Position numbers and translations under genes: made by a program | Shown: piece after piece, positions 36,363-45,687 of the stretch | How positions within the stretch are numbered: position 1 is the stretch's first letter | Layout of the letters: each line of letters opens with the position of its first letter | Notes under the pieces: model-generated | What the model saw: only the letters and a program-made list of their open reading frames with translations | Databases searched by the model: none | What the model was told of the DNA's origin: nothing | NCBI GenBank assembly: GCA_964616705.1 | Contig: CAZTRP010000008.1 | Location: 88,799-152,798, forward strand | DNA: 64,000 nt | Source of the DNA: an uncultured Pseudobdellovibrionaceae bacterium | GTDB lineage: Bacteria; Bdellovibrionota; FAC87; UBA2466 | Direction of reading: 5' to 3'

Positions 36363-37004
36363 TTGTTCATAAAAAATACGGGAGGGGTTGTGGGGCGAAC
36401 TTTTATTGGGTTGGCGTGCCTTGTTTTCGGTATTTCTTTTTCTGCAGCAGCTTCGCAGCAAATGACGGCCGATGAATGGGGTGAGTTGGGTAATGAGCTT
36501 TTGGTTACAGACCAAAAGATTCAGGGAGAGTGGTCTGAGCGTCAGAAGTGGGATGGATGGATTTGTGACGGTTTTTACCATTACAAACTCTTTCTAACGG
36601 CCGGCATCAAAGATGTAGATTTCGAACTTACCGACAAGGGATACGTCCTTGTATCCGCGGAAGTGAAAGATATCTACGCACGTGCAGACGGCGGTTACCG
36701 TTCTAAGGCCACTATGTGCATGCCCTCTGTTGGCTGGCTCGGAATTGGAATTACCTGGGGCCGTCTTAAGTCCGAAGCCCATTTCGGTGAAGGTGGCGAG
36801 ATGAAGGACTTGAGGCTTAAAATCCTCAGTACTGAGATTGGTGAAATCAAACTTGGAAAGTATGCGCCTGCTTGGTTCGAAAAATTCGTCACCGGAGTGG
36901 CTAACCGAACGCTGTCAATGGTTTGGAACTCACGCCTTGGAACTTGGCTCAGTGACAAAATTTCCGAAGTGGCGAGGAAGAAGATTGCGGAGCGTGGTAG
37001 GTAG
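36363..37004 (+). CDS. Hypothetical secreted protein
   Basis: An N-terminal hydrophobic signal (FIGLACLVFGISFSAAAS) is present; I see no recognisable domain. Confidence 0.4.
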   Translation: MFIKNTGGVVGRTFIGLACLVFGISFSAAASQQMTADEWGELGNELLVTDQKIQGEWSERQKWDGWICDGFYHYKLFLTAGIKDVDFELTDKGYVLVSAEVKDIYARADGGYRSKATMCMPSVGWLGIGITWGRLKSEAHFGEGGEMKDLRLKILSTEIGEIKLGKYAPAWFEKFVTGVANRTLSMVWNSRLGTWLSDKISEVARKKIAERGR

Positions 37005-37016
37005 AGGAGAAGGACA

Positions 37017-37547
37017 ATGACGGACGCTAAACCGTTATTGGGCCTTCGCCAGCTGCCTTTGCGCACGAAGGCAGTTGTGGGTGCCCTGGTTGCCTGTGGG
37101 TTAGTGGTGCTAGGGACCACGCTCTTTATCGTTATTCAAATCTTACGCATTCAAGTGGATCGGGTGGAGGAGGTGGTGAGCCCAGAAGTGCATGAGGCTG
37201 CCCCTCCTCCGGCTCATGTTCCTCACCCGGTGGCGCCTTTTGCAGCGACCTATGAATTGCAAGGCATGTCGATTTCACTCGGGAACAGAAATCAGACTTT
37301 GGTTGCTTATGCCGAGTTTAAACTTACTCTAGATTGCCCCACCCAAGAGGCAAAAAAGTGGATGGAGCTCAATCGAGCATCCCTCAGAGATGCCGTGTAT
37401 GAAGCGACGTTAAATCTAACCGTGGAAGAGTTCTCGACCTCGCAAGGCTTTGTCGTAATGAAGCAGAGAATCCTCGATACTCTGAAGGGGCGTTTTGGAG
37501 AGCACGCCCCGAGAGATGTTGCGATATCGGATTGGACCATTCGTTAA
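37017..37547 (+). CDS. FliL-like flagellar basal-body-associated protein (paralog)
   Basis: A single N-terminal TM segment. The periplasmic part follows the FliL pattern (MSISLGNR...LRDAVYEATLNLTVEEF...GFVVMKQRILDTLKGRF...VAISDWTIR). Confidence 0.45.
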   Translation: MTDAKPLLGLRQLPLRTKAVVGALVACGLVVLGTTLFIVIQILRIQVDRVEEVVSPEVHEAAPPPAHVPHPVAPFAATYELQGMSISLGNRNQTLVAYAEFKLTLDCPTQEAKKWMELNRASLRDAVYEATLNLTVEEFSTSQGFVVMKQRILDTLKGRFGEHAPRDVAISDWTIR

Positions 37548-37801
37548 GTCTTTCCGAATGGTCCGCCACGGGATTTTGAATTTCTATTCGTTTTTCTCCC
37601 GCTCGGCTCGCGGAAGACGCATTGTGGCTTCGAATTGAGAGTCGCCCGCTCGACGCCCATTCGTTAGATAGTCTCCGGTGCCAACGGACTTTGGACCCAG
37701 CTGACTTGCAAATCTTTTAGAGCAGGATCCAATACAGGGCCCAAATTTGTTACCACTGTCAGTGTAGTCACCATGTCTGCGCAGGCCCCCAAGGCTAGTT
37801 T

Positions 37802-38404
37802 GTGCCTATTGCGGTCTTGGCACTGCTTTGCATTCTTGCGTTGCTAGGGTGCAGTGTGAAGGTATTTGGCAAAAGTTTAAATCTCATTTTGGTCGCAGCG
37901 ATTGGGCTGTTTGTGGCCGTGGGTTGTGGTAAGAGCCAAGGTGATTTTCAGGGCCTAAATAGCCCCTACATGGCTGCTCCTGGTTTCCCAGGGGGGTATA
38001 CCGCGTTGCCAGCCAGTGGTTATCCTGCGAATCCGGTATACGGTGGATTTAACCCACAATTGCCCGTTGGCTATCCTGCTGACTACACGCTTTTCTTGCC
38101 CGTAGATTACTTCATGCGAACTAATCCTCAGACCGCCCCGTTTTGGCCGGGGTACTGGAATGCGTGGGCGAGCTACGCTTACCTACGTGGTTGGTCGGTC
38201 TACGACTTTAAACATTTTTGGTACGATTACACGGCCATTCAATGGTCCAAGGGTGCGTGGAATCAAATCTACCGGTATCTGGATAGAAATTTTTACGCCT
38301 GGCTGAATCCGTATGTTGTGTATGCCACGCCCGTTAATCCGCAGGCCTTCTGGGTGAACTACTCTGGCTACGGCTATGGCAATTCCTGGAATTTCTTTTA
38401 CTGA
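37802..38404 (+). CDS. Tyr/Trp-rich putative lipoprotein
   Basis: A GTG start is followed by lipobox-like LLGC/AVGC motifs. The mature region is extremely rich in Y, W, F, N and P (e.g. WNAWASYAYLRGWSVYDFKHFWYDY). Confidence 0.4.
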   Translation: MPIAVLALLCILALLGCSVKVFGKSLNLILVAAIGLFVAVGCGKSQGDFQGLNSPYMAAPGFPGGYTALPASGYPANPVYGGFNPQLPVGYPADYTLFLPVDYFMRTNPQTAPFWPGYWNAWASYAYLRGWSVYDFKHFWYDYTAIQWSKGAWNQIYRYLDRNFYAWLNPYVVYATPVNPQAFWVNYSGYGYGNSWNFFY

Positions 38405-39741
38405 AAACTGTAGAGTGAACCTAGTTTTAGAATTTGTGTAAGCTCGTCCAGCGCAGTCCTGGTTTCTAAAACCAGTGAAGGATCTGCCAAGTCGGCAGGA
38501 AGTAGCTTGTCTCGATAGTGCCGTCGAACCCAGTTCTCCAGTTGAATTTGTTTCATATCGTCCAAGAACACGTCGGGGTTACAGGCCTTTTGCTCGCTCT
38601 CATTCAGAATCACCCGTAATCGTAAACATGCTGGCCCTCCACCATTGCGCATGCTCTGCCTTAACTCCGGTGTGTGGACTTCTGCGATTACGCCGTTGCT
38701 GGCGAGTGTTTGGTCCAGGTATCTACGCACAGAAGCCACGGAGTTGCATTCAGTAGGCGCCACCAGGGCCATTTTGCCATTGGCCAGAGTAACTAACTGG
38801 GAATTGAATAGGTAGGATGAAACAGCATCAGCAAGCGGAATCTCCTTCTCCGTAACTCTAATCAAATGGAGCGCCGACGATTGAGATTTGGCCCACTTCG
38901 ATTCGATCTCTTTTACTACCACGGGTTCATTTGCAAAACATTTTTCATGAAAGAAGAGTACCGACTCATTTCCAACGCAAATAACATCGTTGTGAAAGAC
39001 TCCCGCATCAATAGCTTCTGGGGTTTGTTGAGCAAATATGGAATGGTCGGGAGAAATTTCATGTAGTCGCGCGATACATCGGGACGCTTCTTGAGATTGG
39101 CGCGCAGGGTGTCGCTTAGGAATGGCGGAATCAGCAGTGCCGAAAGAGCGGCCATATACAAACAGGTGTAATCCAACGCTTGCGTGGTTATCAGCCAATC
39201 GTGTGTGGTTGGCGGCGCCTTCATCGCCTAGCGCCTCGCTTTGGGGAAGAAAATCATGGTGCGTGAAATACCGACTATCCGCGAAGATGGTCTTTAAGAT
39301 TTTTCCCGTAAACATCGGTTCGATGCTGCGGTGTAGTTTAGAAACCAAATTGGCCGGAGTGAAATGCGTTTTCCCATCTTGGGTATCTTGGCTCGGGGTT
39401 ACCGTGGCGCTATTAGCCGTCCACATGGGCGACGCCGAGCTGACACAGTTTAGAAGGTAGGGCGCCTGGCGCGCTGCGCTTTGAAGTACTTGGGCATCGC
39501 TTCCACTAAAGCCAAGTCTTCTAAGGTGCTCCAGCGAAGGCCGCTCGTGGGGTGGGAGTACCGCCTGAACATGCCCCATTCGACGCAGTAGCGCCATTTT
39601 GGAAAGTCCTTGTAACGCTGCCTCACGCGGGTTTGAAGGCTGGTTTCCATGGGTCATTGAAGCTAAGTTCCCGGCGGAAAGACCGGAATAGTTGTGGGTC
39701 GGACCTACAAGTCCGTCGAAATTCACTTCAAAAGTTTTCAT
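38398..39741 (-). CDS. astB: N-succinylarginine dihydrolase
   Basis: MKTFEVNFDGLVGPTHNYSGLS... with AstB-family conservation over the full length. Confidence 0.85.
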   Translation of the reverse strand: MKTFEVNFDGLVGPTHNYSGLSAGNLASMTHGNQPSNPREAALQGLSKMALLRRMGHVQAVLPPHERPSLEHLRRLGFSGSDAQVLQSAARQAPYLLNCVSSASPMWTANSATVTPSQDTQDGKTHFTPANLVSKLHRSIEPMFTGKILKTIFADSRYFTHHDFLPQSEALGDEGAANHTRLADNHASVGLHLFVYGRSFGTADSAIPKRHPARQSQEASRCIARLHEISPDHSIFAQQTPEAIDAGVFHNDVICVGNESVLFFHEKCFANEPVVVKEIESKWAKSQSSALHLIRVTEKEIPLADAVSSYLFNSQLVTLANGKMALVAPTECNSVASVRRYLDQTLASNGVIAEVHTPELRQSMRNGGGPACLRLRVILNESEQKACNPDVFLDDMKQIQLENWVRRHYRDKLLPADLADPSLVLETRTALDELTQILKLGSLYSFQ

Positions 39742-39848
39742 ATTCAGATTCTTTTACTACTTCTGCAAAAGATCGCCAAGGCATTGACGCCCGTTACGTG
39801 CTTCTGACGTTGCCGCAATGCGGTGTGTGCGTAGGGGGTGTTGGAATT

Positions 39849-39864
39849 CTGGCACCCGGCTTGC
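39849..39864 (+). promoter_or_regulatory. Sigma-54 (RpoN) -24/-12 promoter upstream of fliL
   Basis: TGGCAC-ccggc-TTGCA is an exact match to TGGCAC-N5-TTGCW. It lies about 50 nt upstream of the fliL ATG at 39915. Confidence 0.6.
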
Positions 39865-39914
39865 AGAACTGCTTCGTAAGCACCCCTCTATTTTGTTCCT
39901 CCCAGGAGGCATTC

Positions 39915-40481
39915 ATGTCATCGGAAGCAGCAGTAGAAGCAAAACCAAAAAACGCCCCGGCAGCTCCGGGTGCGGCCCCGAAAGGGGACAAACTCGGTCT
40001 GTTGGTCCTTGGAATTGTAATTCTCAATTCAGTGGCAGCAGCAGCCATGGCAATGCTGTTCCTAAAGATCTTGCCGCGTATTACCCATATTGAAGAGCAG
40101 TCAAAGGCTCTGGAACAGAAGATTGCGGAAGAAAAGAAACCAAGCTCTCCCGCCGGTAAGGAATTCATTCCCCAGGAACTTGGAGTTCTATATCCGCTTG
40201 ATGGTTTCTTGGTGAACATTACTAGTGAACGGGGACCCCGATTTCTACAAATGAAATTGGAAATGGAACTCGATGCACCAGCGCTGGAAGACGAAATTGC
40301 TCTGAAACGGCCCGCAATTCGCGACGCAATTATCGTTCTTTTAACGAGCCGCAACTATTCTGAGTTACGTGACCCGAAAGGAATGCGAAAGCTCCGCGCT
40401 GACTTGTTGCGAGCCGTGAACAATTTACTTAAGTCTGGCCAGGTCAAAGAGATCTATTTCACTCAGTTCCACTTCAACTAA
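39915..40481 (+). CDS. fliL: Flagellar basal-body-associated protein FliL
   Basis: An RBS AGGAGG precedes the start, the protein has a single TM segment, and its C-terminus ...VKEIYFTQFHFN matches the FliL signature. The track ORF is over-extended upstream to 39552. Confidence 0.8.
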   Translation: MSSEAAVEAKPKNAPAAPGAAPKGDKLGLLVLGIVILNSVAAAAMAMLFLKILPRITHIEEQSKALEQKIAEEKKPSSPAGKEFIPQELGVLYPLDGFLVNITSERGPRFLQMKLEMELDAPALEDEIALKRPAIRDAIIVLLTSRNYSELRDPKGMRKLRADLLRAVNNLLKSGQVKEIYFTQFHFN

Positions 40482-40496
40482 ACACCCGGGAGTTGT

Positions 40497-41567
40497 ATGT
40501 CGGAAGTTCTCTCACAATCAGAAATAGACGCGCTTTTGTTCGCCGTCTCGTCAGGTACTGTAGAAACTGCCCCTGCCGCCGCTCCGGCTGCACCCGCTGC
40601 GCCTACAGCGGATGCTTCCGCGAACTCTTCTGCTCCTGCCGGCCCGGCCGTTACCACGGTGGAAAAGAAAGACGATTGGATCGCGTACGACATTACTTCC
40701 CAGGAGAAAATCTACCACGGGAAAATGGTCGGTCTAGAAGGGATTCACGAGCGGTTCGCGCGCATGATGCGCGTTACGCTCTCGAATTACTTCAAGAAGA
40801 ATGTCTCTATTACGCTTGCGAACACCGGATTTTTAAAGTTTGGGGAGTATTTGAGCAGTGTCGTTCTGCCCACCTCGTTAAACCTTCTCCACCTACCCAA
40901 GCAACAAGGCCACATGTTGTTTATGGTTCCCTCGAAGCTTCTCTATGCCTTGGTCGATACCTACTACGGTGGAGTTGAGCGGCCGTTTTCCAAACTTGGA
41001 ACCCGAGAAGAATTTACGTCCATTGAAAATAATATGATTCGAAAGATCTGCACTATGGCTGTAGCAGATTTGAAGGAAGCATGGCGGTTAAATTTCCCGC
41101 TAGAAATTGAATACACCAGAATGGAATCGAATCCGTCGTTTATCGGTTCGATTCATACCTCAGATTTAGTGGCCGTAGTCACTTTTGATGTAGAGCTCGA
41201 GAACCTTTCGGGTCCTTTTATTTTACTCATTCAGCTCCGAGCGCTCGATTCAATCGCGCACCATCTAACAGTGAATGTGACTGGTGAGTTTGATCGAGAA
41301 GTCCGCCAATGGCGGGATCACTGGCTTCGCGAAATCGCTCAAACGGAACTCGATGTGCGGGTAGAGCTTGGCCAGGCCGAGAGAACTTTACACGAGATAC
41401 AGGCCTGGAAAGCAGGGGACGTGCTGCCTTTAAATCAAGATAGCGCTTCACCTGTAAGAATTCTTATTGAACAAGTTGAGAAAATGCAGGGGCTCATGGG
41501 CGCGTACCGTGGAAGTGTGGCGGTTCGCTTGGTCGATAAAGACGATTCGAAAGAAAAAGGGGAATAA
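40497..41567 (+). CDS. fliM: Flagellar motor switch protein FliM
   Basis: The N-terminal LSQSEIDALL CheY-binding motif is followed by a FliM middle domain and a C-terminal SpoA-like region. Confidence 0.85.
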   Translation: MSEVLSQSEIDALLFAVSSGTVETAPAAAPAAPAAPTADASANSSAPAGPAVTTVEKKDDWIAYDITSQEKIYHGKMVGLEGIHERFARMMRVTLSNYFKKNVSITLANTGFLKFGEYLSSVVLPTSLNLLHLPKQQGHMLFMVPSKLLYALVDTYYGGVERPFSKLGTREEFTSIENNMIRKICTMAVADLKEAWRLNFPLEIEYTRMESNPSFIGSIHTSDLVAVVTFDVELENLSGPFILLIQLRALDSIAHHLTVNVTGEFDREVRQWRDHWLREIAQTELDVRVELGQAERTLHEIQAWKAGDVLPLNQDSASPVRILIEQVEKMQGLMGAYRGSVAVRLVDKDDSKEKGE

Positions 41568-41569
41568 GA

Positions 41570-41950
41570 ATGGAAAATGCAAAACCACTTGAGAATGAGG
41601 CTCCACAGTCCGCAACGCCCGCTGAGGCCGAAACTACTGCGCAGGAGAGCCCCAATCTTAAACTTCATGTCGCGGCAACGCCCGAGCCGGGGAGTGTAGA
41701 TTTTATTCTCGATATCCCCTTGCGCGTCAGTGTAGAGCTTGGACGAACAAAAATCCTAGTTCAAGATCTTCTTAAGTTACACAAGGGATCGGTTTTAGAG
41801 CTCAATAAACTGGCCGGCGAAGCCTTGGAAGTGCTCGTCAATGATCGAGTGGTCGCCAAGGGCGAAGTAATCGTCATTAACGAGAAGTTTGGAATCAGGC
41901 TCTCGGATATCGTCAGTCATGCACAGCGCATTCGGGAGCTAGGCGAATGA
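41570..41950 (+). CDS. fliN: Flagellar motor switch protein FliN
   Basis: LDIPLRVSVELGRT...GSVLELNKLAGE...FGIRL is the SpoA/FliN signature. Confidence 0.85.
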   Translation: MENAKPLENEAPQSATPAEAETTAQESPNLKLHVAATPEPGSVDFILDIPLRVSVELGRTKILVQDLLKLHKGSVLELNKLAGEALEVLVNDRVVAKGEVIVINEKFGIRLSDIVSHAQRIRELGE

Positions 41951-42777
41951 AAATAGCACACCACATTGTTGCGATCACGATCCTTAGTTCCTGGCCGTGC
42001 TTTGGAGCTCAAATCCAATCGGTTAAGGTGGCTGGCGATAGTTCTGCTGAGGTGAGTTTCCTTTCCGATACCGCGCTTCCCTCCATGCCCAAGCTCAATG
42101 TGGATGGAAATCGCGTTGACTTGACCTTCCCCGGGGTCTCGGTCGCCGCATCATTACTCAGTCAATCAGAGATTTCTTCCCCTCACGCGTTGGTGCAAAA
42201 AATAACCGTTTCTGCGTTGGAGGGCGGTGGTGCTCAGGTTCGACTAGTCGTGAATGGAAGTACCGAGAAACTGCGGGATCGGGTTAAGTTACAGAAAAAC
42301 GATGGAACCGTCGCGCTAGTACTCACCTATCCAAGTGCTTCCACAGCCACGCTAAAGCTCTTCCAGGAGGAACAGTCTTCCATCGCGACCGCTGCAGCGC
42401 CGAGCACTGAAGCAAAGGGTGGATTTGGTTGGTTTCGCCTGCTTTTGATTATGGTTCTGTTTGCGGCTGCGGGAGCCACCACTTGGTTCGTGGTGAAGTT
42501 TGCGAAAAAGCGAGCAGTCTGGTCCGGAAGCCGAAAGCACCTTATCGAGTTAGTTGCCAGCGCAGCGGTAGGAGACAACAAAGCTTCCGTCGCGATAGTT
42601 CGAGTAGGTACCGAATTTGTCATGGTCGGTGTTACCGCTTCTCAGGTGAATTTGATTTCTCGTTTGCCAAAACTAGAAGCCCAATTCGAGGAAGAAAGTA
42701 GCTTAGAGCGAGGCAGCTTTAAAGAAGCTATCGAAGAAGAAGTCCGAAGAAATGGAAGAGCGGGGCTTACGGCATGA
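41947..42777 (+). CDS. FliO-like flagellar biosynthesis protein with N-terminal AMIN-like extension
   Basis: The ORF sits at the fliO position between fliN and fliP and has one TM helix (WFRLLLIMVLFAAAGATTWFVV). Its N-terminal roughly 130 aa form a beta-rich, AMIN-like extension. Confidence 0.45.
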   Translation: MKIAHHIVAITILSSWPCFGAQIQSVKVAGDSSAEVSFLSDTALPSMPKLNVDGNRVDLTFPGVSVAASLLSQSEISSPHALVQKITVSALEGGGAQVRLVVNGSTEKLRDRVKLQKNDGTVALVLTYPSASTATLKLFQEEQSSIATAAAPSTEAKGGFGWFRLLLIMVLFAAAGATTWFVVKFAKKRAVWSGSRKHLIELVASAAVGDNKASVAIVRVGTEFVMVGVTASQVNLISRLPKLEAQFEEESSLERGSFKEAIEEEVRRNGRAGLTA

Positions 42778-43511
42778 TGGTTCTGGCAAAAATAGCAGGG
42801 TGGACGACTAGCCATGCATTGGCGGCATCTCAAACTGCGATCCCCGGTTTGTCTCTTTCCGTTGGCGGACTGAATGGTCCAGACCAGACGGCCGTCGTTT
42901 TAAAGATAATTGCAATGCTCACTGTGGTGGCTCTTGCGCCCAGTTTGCTCATCATGATGACCTCGTTCATTCGGGTTGTTATTGTGCTTTCATTTCTTCG
43001 TCAGGCTATCGGGACTCAGGTTCTCCCTCCCAATCAATTGATAGTCGGGCTTTCTCTCTTTCTTACCGCGTTTATTATGGCCCCTGTTTGGACGGGGATT
43101 CACAAGGAAGCCTTGGGTCCATACTTAGAAAACAAGATGAGTCAGACGGACGCTCTGACATATGTAGAAGCGAAAGTGCGAAGTTTTATGTTCAAGCAGA
43201 CCCGGGACAAAGACCTTGGCTTGTTTGTGAAGCTTGCTCACATAGAAAATCCGCAAAAACGAGCCGACGTGCCGACGTATCTGCTTATTCCGGCATTTAT
43301 GATTTCGGAACTCAAAACGGCTTTTCAAATTGGTTTCATGATTTACCTTCCCTTTCTGGTTATCGACATGGTTGTAGCGTCGGTACTTATGGCTATGGGG
43401 ATGATGATGTTGCCACCCGTGGTGATTTCACTTCCGTTTAAGCTCATACTTTTCGTTCTCGTGGATGGATGGCAGCTGATTGTAGGGTCCTTAGTGAAAA
43501 GCTTTGGCTAA
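42774..43511 (+). CDS. fliP: Flagellar export apparatus protein FliP
   Basis: Strongly conserved FliP blocks are present (PSLLIMMTSFIRVVIVLSFLRQAIG ... GFMIYLPFLVIDMVVASVLMAMGMMMLPP). Confidence 0.9.
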   Translation: MMVLAKIAGWTTSHALAASQTAIPGLSLSVGGLNGPDQTAVVLKIIAMLTVVALAPSLLIMMTSFIRVVIVLSFLRQAIGTQVLPPNQLIVGLSLFLTAFIMAPVWTGIHKEALGPYLENKMSQTDALTYVEAKVRSFMFKQTRDKDLGLFVKLAHIENPQKRADVPTYLLIPAFMISELKTAFQIGFMIYLPFLVIDMVVASVLMAMGMMMLPPVVISLPFKLILFVLVDGWQLIVGSLVKSFG

Positions 43512-43514
43512 AAT

Positions 43515-43784
43515 ATGACGAACGAACATGTATTGGAACTCTCGAGGCAATCTATTCAAACGCTGGTCATGCTTTGCGCGCCGCTGCTGGGTTTCGGGCT
43601 GGTTGTCGGGGTAATGACCAACGTCTTCCAGGCGGTAACTCAGATTACCGAAACAACTTTGTCGGTAGTTCCTAAGATTCTTGCCATGCTCTTAGCATTT
43701 GTAATTTTTGGACCCTGGATGCTCGACATTATTATCGATTTCACAACCCAAATCTATTCAGCCATTCCGAGCATAATTCGATGA
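43515..43784 (+). CDS. fliQ: Flagellar export apparatus protein FliQ
   Basis: An 89-aa two-TM protein, in conserved gene order. Confidence 0.85.
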   Translation: MTNEHVLELSRQSIQTLVMLCAPLLGFGLVVGVMTNVFQAVTQITETTLSVVPKILAMLLAFVIFGPWMLDIIIDFTTQIYSAIPSIIR

Positions 43785-44566
43785 GCGCATTGTACCCTAC
43801 AACCGAAATGGGTTATCTTGGCGTTCTGCTCGTTTTTTTTCGTTTGCTAGGCCTGTTTCTTGTCGTGCCGGGCTTTTCCCATAGCGCCATACCGCTTCCA
43901 GTTAAAATACTTACGGCTCTAACCGTTTCTTTGGCTATCTACCCGATCGTAAAACAATTTGTTCCCGTCGATCCGACCTCAATCTCCGGGCTTGTTGGTT
44001 CAGTGATTCGTGAGTCCTGTGTAGGCTTTCTTATGGGGTTTGTGGCGTTTGTGACTTTTGAGTCCATTAGCCTGGGCGCGCAGTTCGTAGGGTACCAAAT
44101 GGGGCTGGGCACCGCGGGGATGATGGATCCAGAGAGCCACCAGCAGGTGTCCGCGATGGTGCCGTTTCAGGCTTGGATAGCGCTGATGATTTTCTTCATT
44201 GGGGACATGCACCACCATGTTATTCAGATTTTTACCGAGAGCTTTCGCATTACTCAGGGTGTTACCGAAGGATCTTTCGCCAATCCTGCGCTGCTGAAAT
44301 TTTTTGTTGGAATCACGGCAAAGCTTTTCATGTTGGCTGTTCAGCTTGCGGCGCCCATCACTTTGCTCGTCCTATCCTGCAATATCGTCATTGGAATGCT
44401 GTCGCGCATTATGCCGCAAATGAATATTTTGCTGTTCAGTTTTCCCATCACGATAATGCTCGGATTCGCTGGCCTGTACCTTGTTGCGCCAGAACTCATG
44501 GATAGCATCGACACTATTCTTTCAGAGGTTTCAACCGAGTTGATGGCGCTCGTTCGGCTAGTCTAA
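43781..44566 (+). CDS. fliR: Flagellar export apparatus protein FliR
   Basis: A multi-TM protein, in conserved gene order. Confidence 0.85.
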   Translation: MSALYPTTEMGYLGVLLVFFRLLGLFLVVPGFSHSAIPLPVKILTALTVSLAIYPIVKQFVPVDPTSISGLVGSVIRESCVGFLMGFVAFVTFESISLGAQFVGYQMGLGTAGMMDPESHQQVSAMVPFQAWIALMIFFIGDMHHHVIQIFTESFRITQGVTEGSFANPALLKFFVGITAKLFMLAVQLAAPITLLVLSCNIVIGMLSRIMPQMNILLFSFPITIMLGFAGLYLVAPELMDSIDTILSEVSTELMALVRLV

Positions 44567-44576
44567 GAAGGGTTCT

Positions 44577-45674
44577 ATGGCTGGTTCATTTGAAGAATCA
44601 CAAGAAGATCGCACCGAGAACGCTACGGCGTTTCGTCGCGAAGAGATGCGCAAACAGGGCGTAGTTGCGCAAAGTAAAGAGGTCCTGTCTGTTCTGCTAT
44701 TCTTCGCATCGGGTTCTGCACTCTATTTTTTGATGAAAACCATGCTGTCCGAGTTCGGTGTTGTAGCCACACGTTCGTTCCAGTTCTCTAGAATCGAGAA
44801 TTTCACTCCAAAGTCGCTTCATGAATTGGCAATAAGTTCTATTTGGTCGTGGGGAACCATGGTTCTGCCACTCTTTGCAGTTACCATCCTGGCGGGAGTG
44901 GTAGGTGGGGTCGCTCAGGTGGGATTTCACATTACGACGGAACCTCTTACGCCAAACTGGGATCGCATAAACCCGGTGAAGGGTTTTCAGCGCTTGTTTT
45001 CCCTGGATTCGGTCACCGAAGCCGCGAAAGCCATAGTAAAGATGGTTTTGGTGTTCGCTGTAACTTGGTTCTTTCTGAAGGAAAGAGCCTTGGTAGCGGG
45101 CGGATATTTTTCTAGGTCCGTACCGGAACTTTCTGTCTTGTTGTTAAGCGATTTAGCGAGGCTCTTTTTCTTGCTGGCATTTTCTTTGGCCGGTTTCGCA
45201 GCGCTCGATTACTTCTATCAGCGATATAAAATTGATAAGCGACTAAAAATGAGTCGACGGGAGATTAAGGAAGAATACAAGCTGCGCGAAGGGGATCCGC
45301 TGATTAAGTCGCGTATTCGAAATGCCCAGCGTCGAATTGCCCGGCGTCGTATGATGGAAGCCGTGCCGAAAGCGGATGTGGTCATTACGAACCCCACTCA
45401 CTTTGCTGTCGCCATCGCCTATGACCCAAAAAAAATGAATGCGCCTAGGGTGGTTGCGAAAGGTGTAGATTTCTTGGCTCTAAAAATTCGAGAGTTAGCA
45501 AAGCAGTCCGGCGTGCCCATTGTTGAGAACAAGCCGTTGGCGCGCACACTTTACGCACAAATTGCAGTAGGAAAAACCATTACCGAAGATCTCTACACGG
45601 CCGTCGCTCAAGTGCTGAGCTACGTTTACCGTTTGAAGGGATTGTCGAGTTCGATGGTAGGCGCTAACGCCTAA
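44577..45674 (+). CDS. flhB: Flagellar export apparatus protein FlhB
   Basis: The NPTH autocleavage motif (VITNPTHFAVAIAY) and the C-terminal APRVVAKG are present. Confidence 0.9.
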   Translation: MAGSFEESQEDRTENATAFRREEMRKQGVVAQSKEVLSVLLFFASGSALYFLMKTMLSEFGVVATRSFQFSRIENFTPKSLHELAISSIWSWGTMVLPLFAVTILAGVVGGVAQVGFHITTEPLTPNWDRINPVKGFQRLFSLDSVTEAAKAIVKMVLVFAVTWFFLKERALVAGGYFSRSVPELSVLLLSDLARLFFLLAFSLAGFAALDYFYQRYKIDKRLKMSRREIKEEYKLREGDPLIKSRIRNAQRRIARRRMMEAVPKADVVITNPTHFAVAIAYDPKKMNAPRVVAKGVDFLALKIRELAKQSGVPIVENKPLARTLYAQIAVGKTITEDLYTAVAQVLSYVYRLKGLSSSMVGANA

Positions 45675-45687
45675 ATAAGGGGGAACC

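Noticed and set aside
37818-37835. TGGCAC-tgct-TTGCA, a sigma-54-like sequence
   Set aside because: The GG-to-GC spacing is one base short of the invariant sigma-54 geometry, and the site lies inside the 5' end of a CDS.
40478-40693. Minus-strand 71-aa ORF (Ala-rich) overlapping the fliM start
   Set aside because: It is the reverse complement of the Ala/Pro-codon-rich fliM linker, so it is a mirror artefact.
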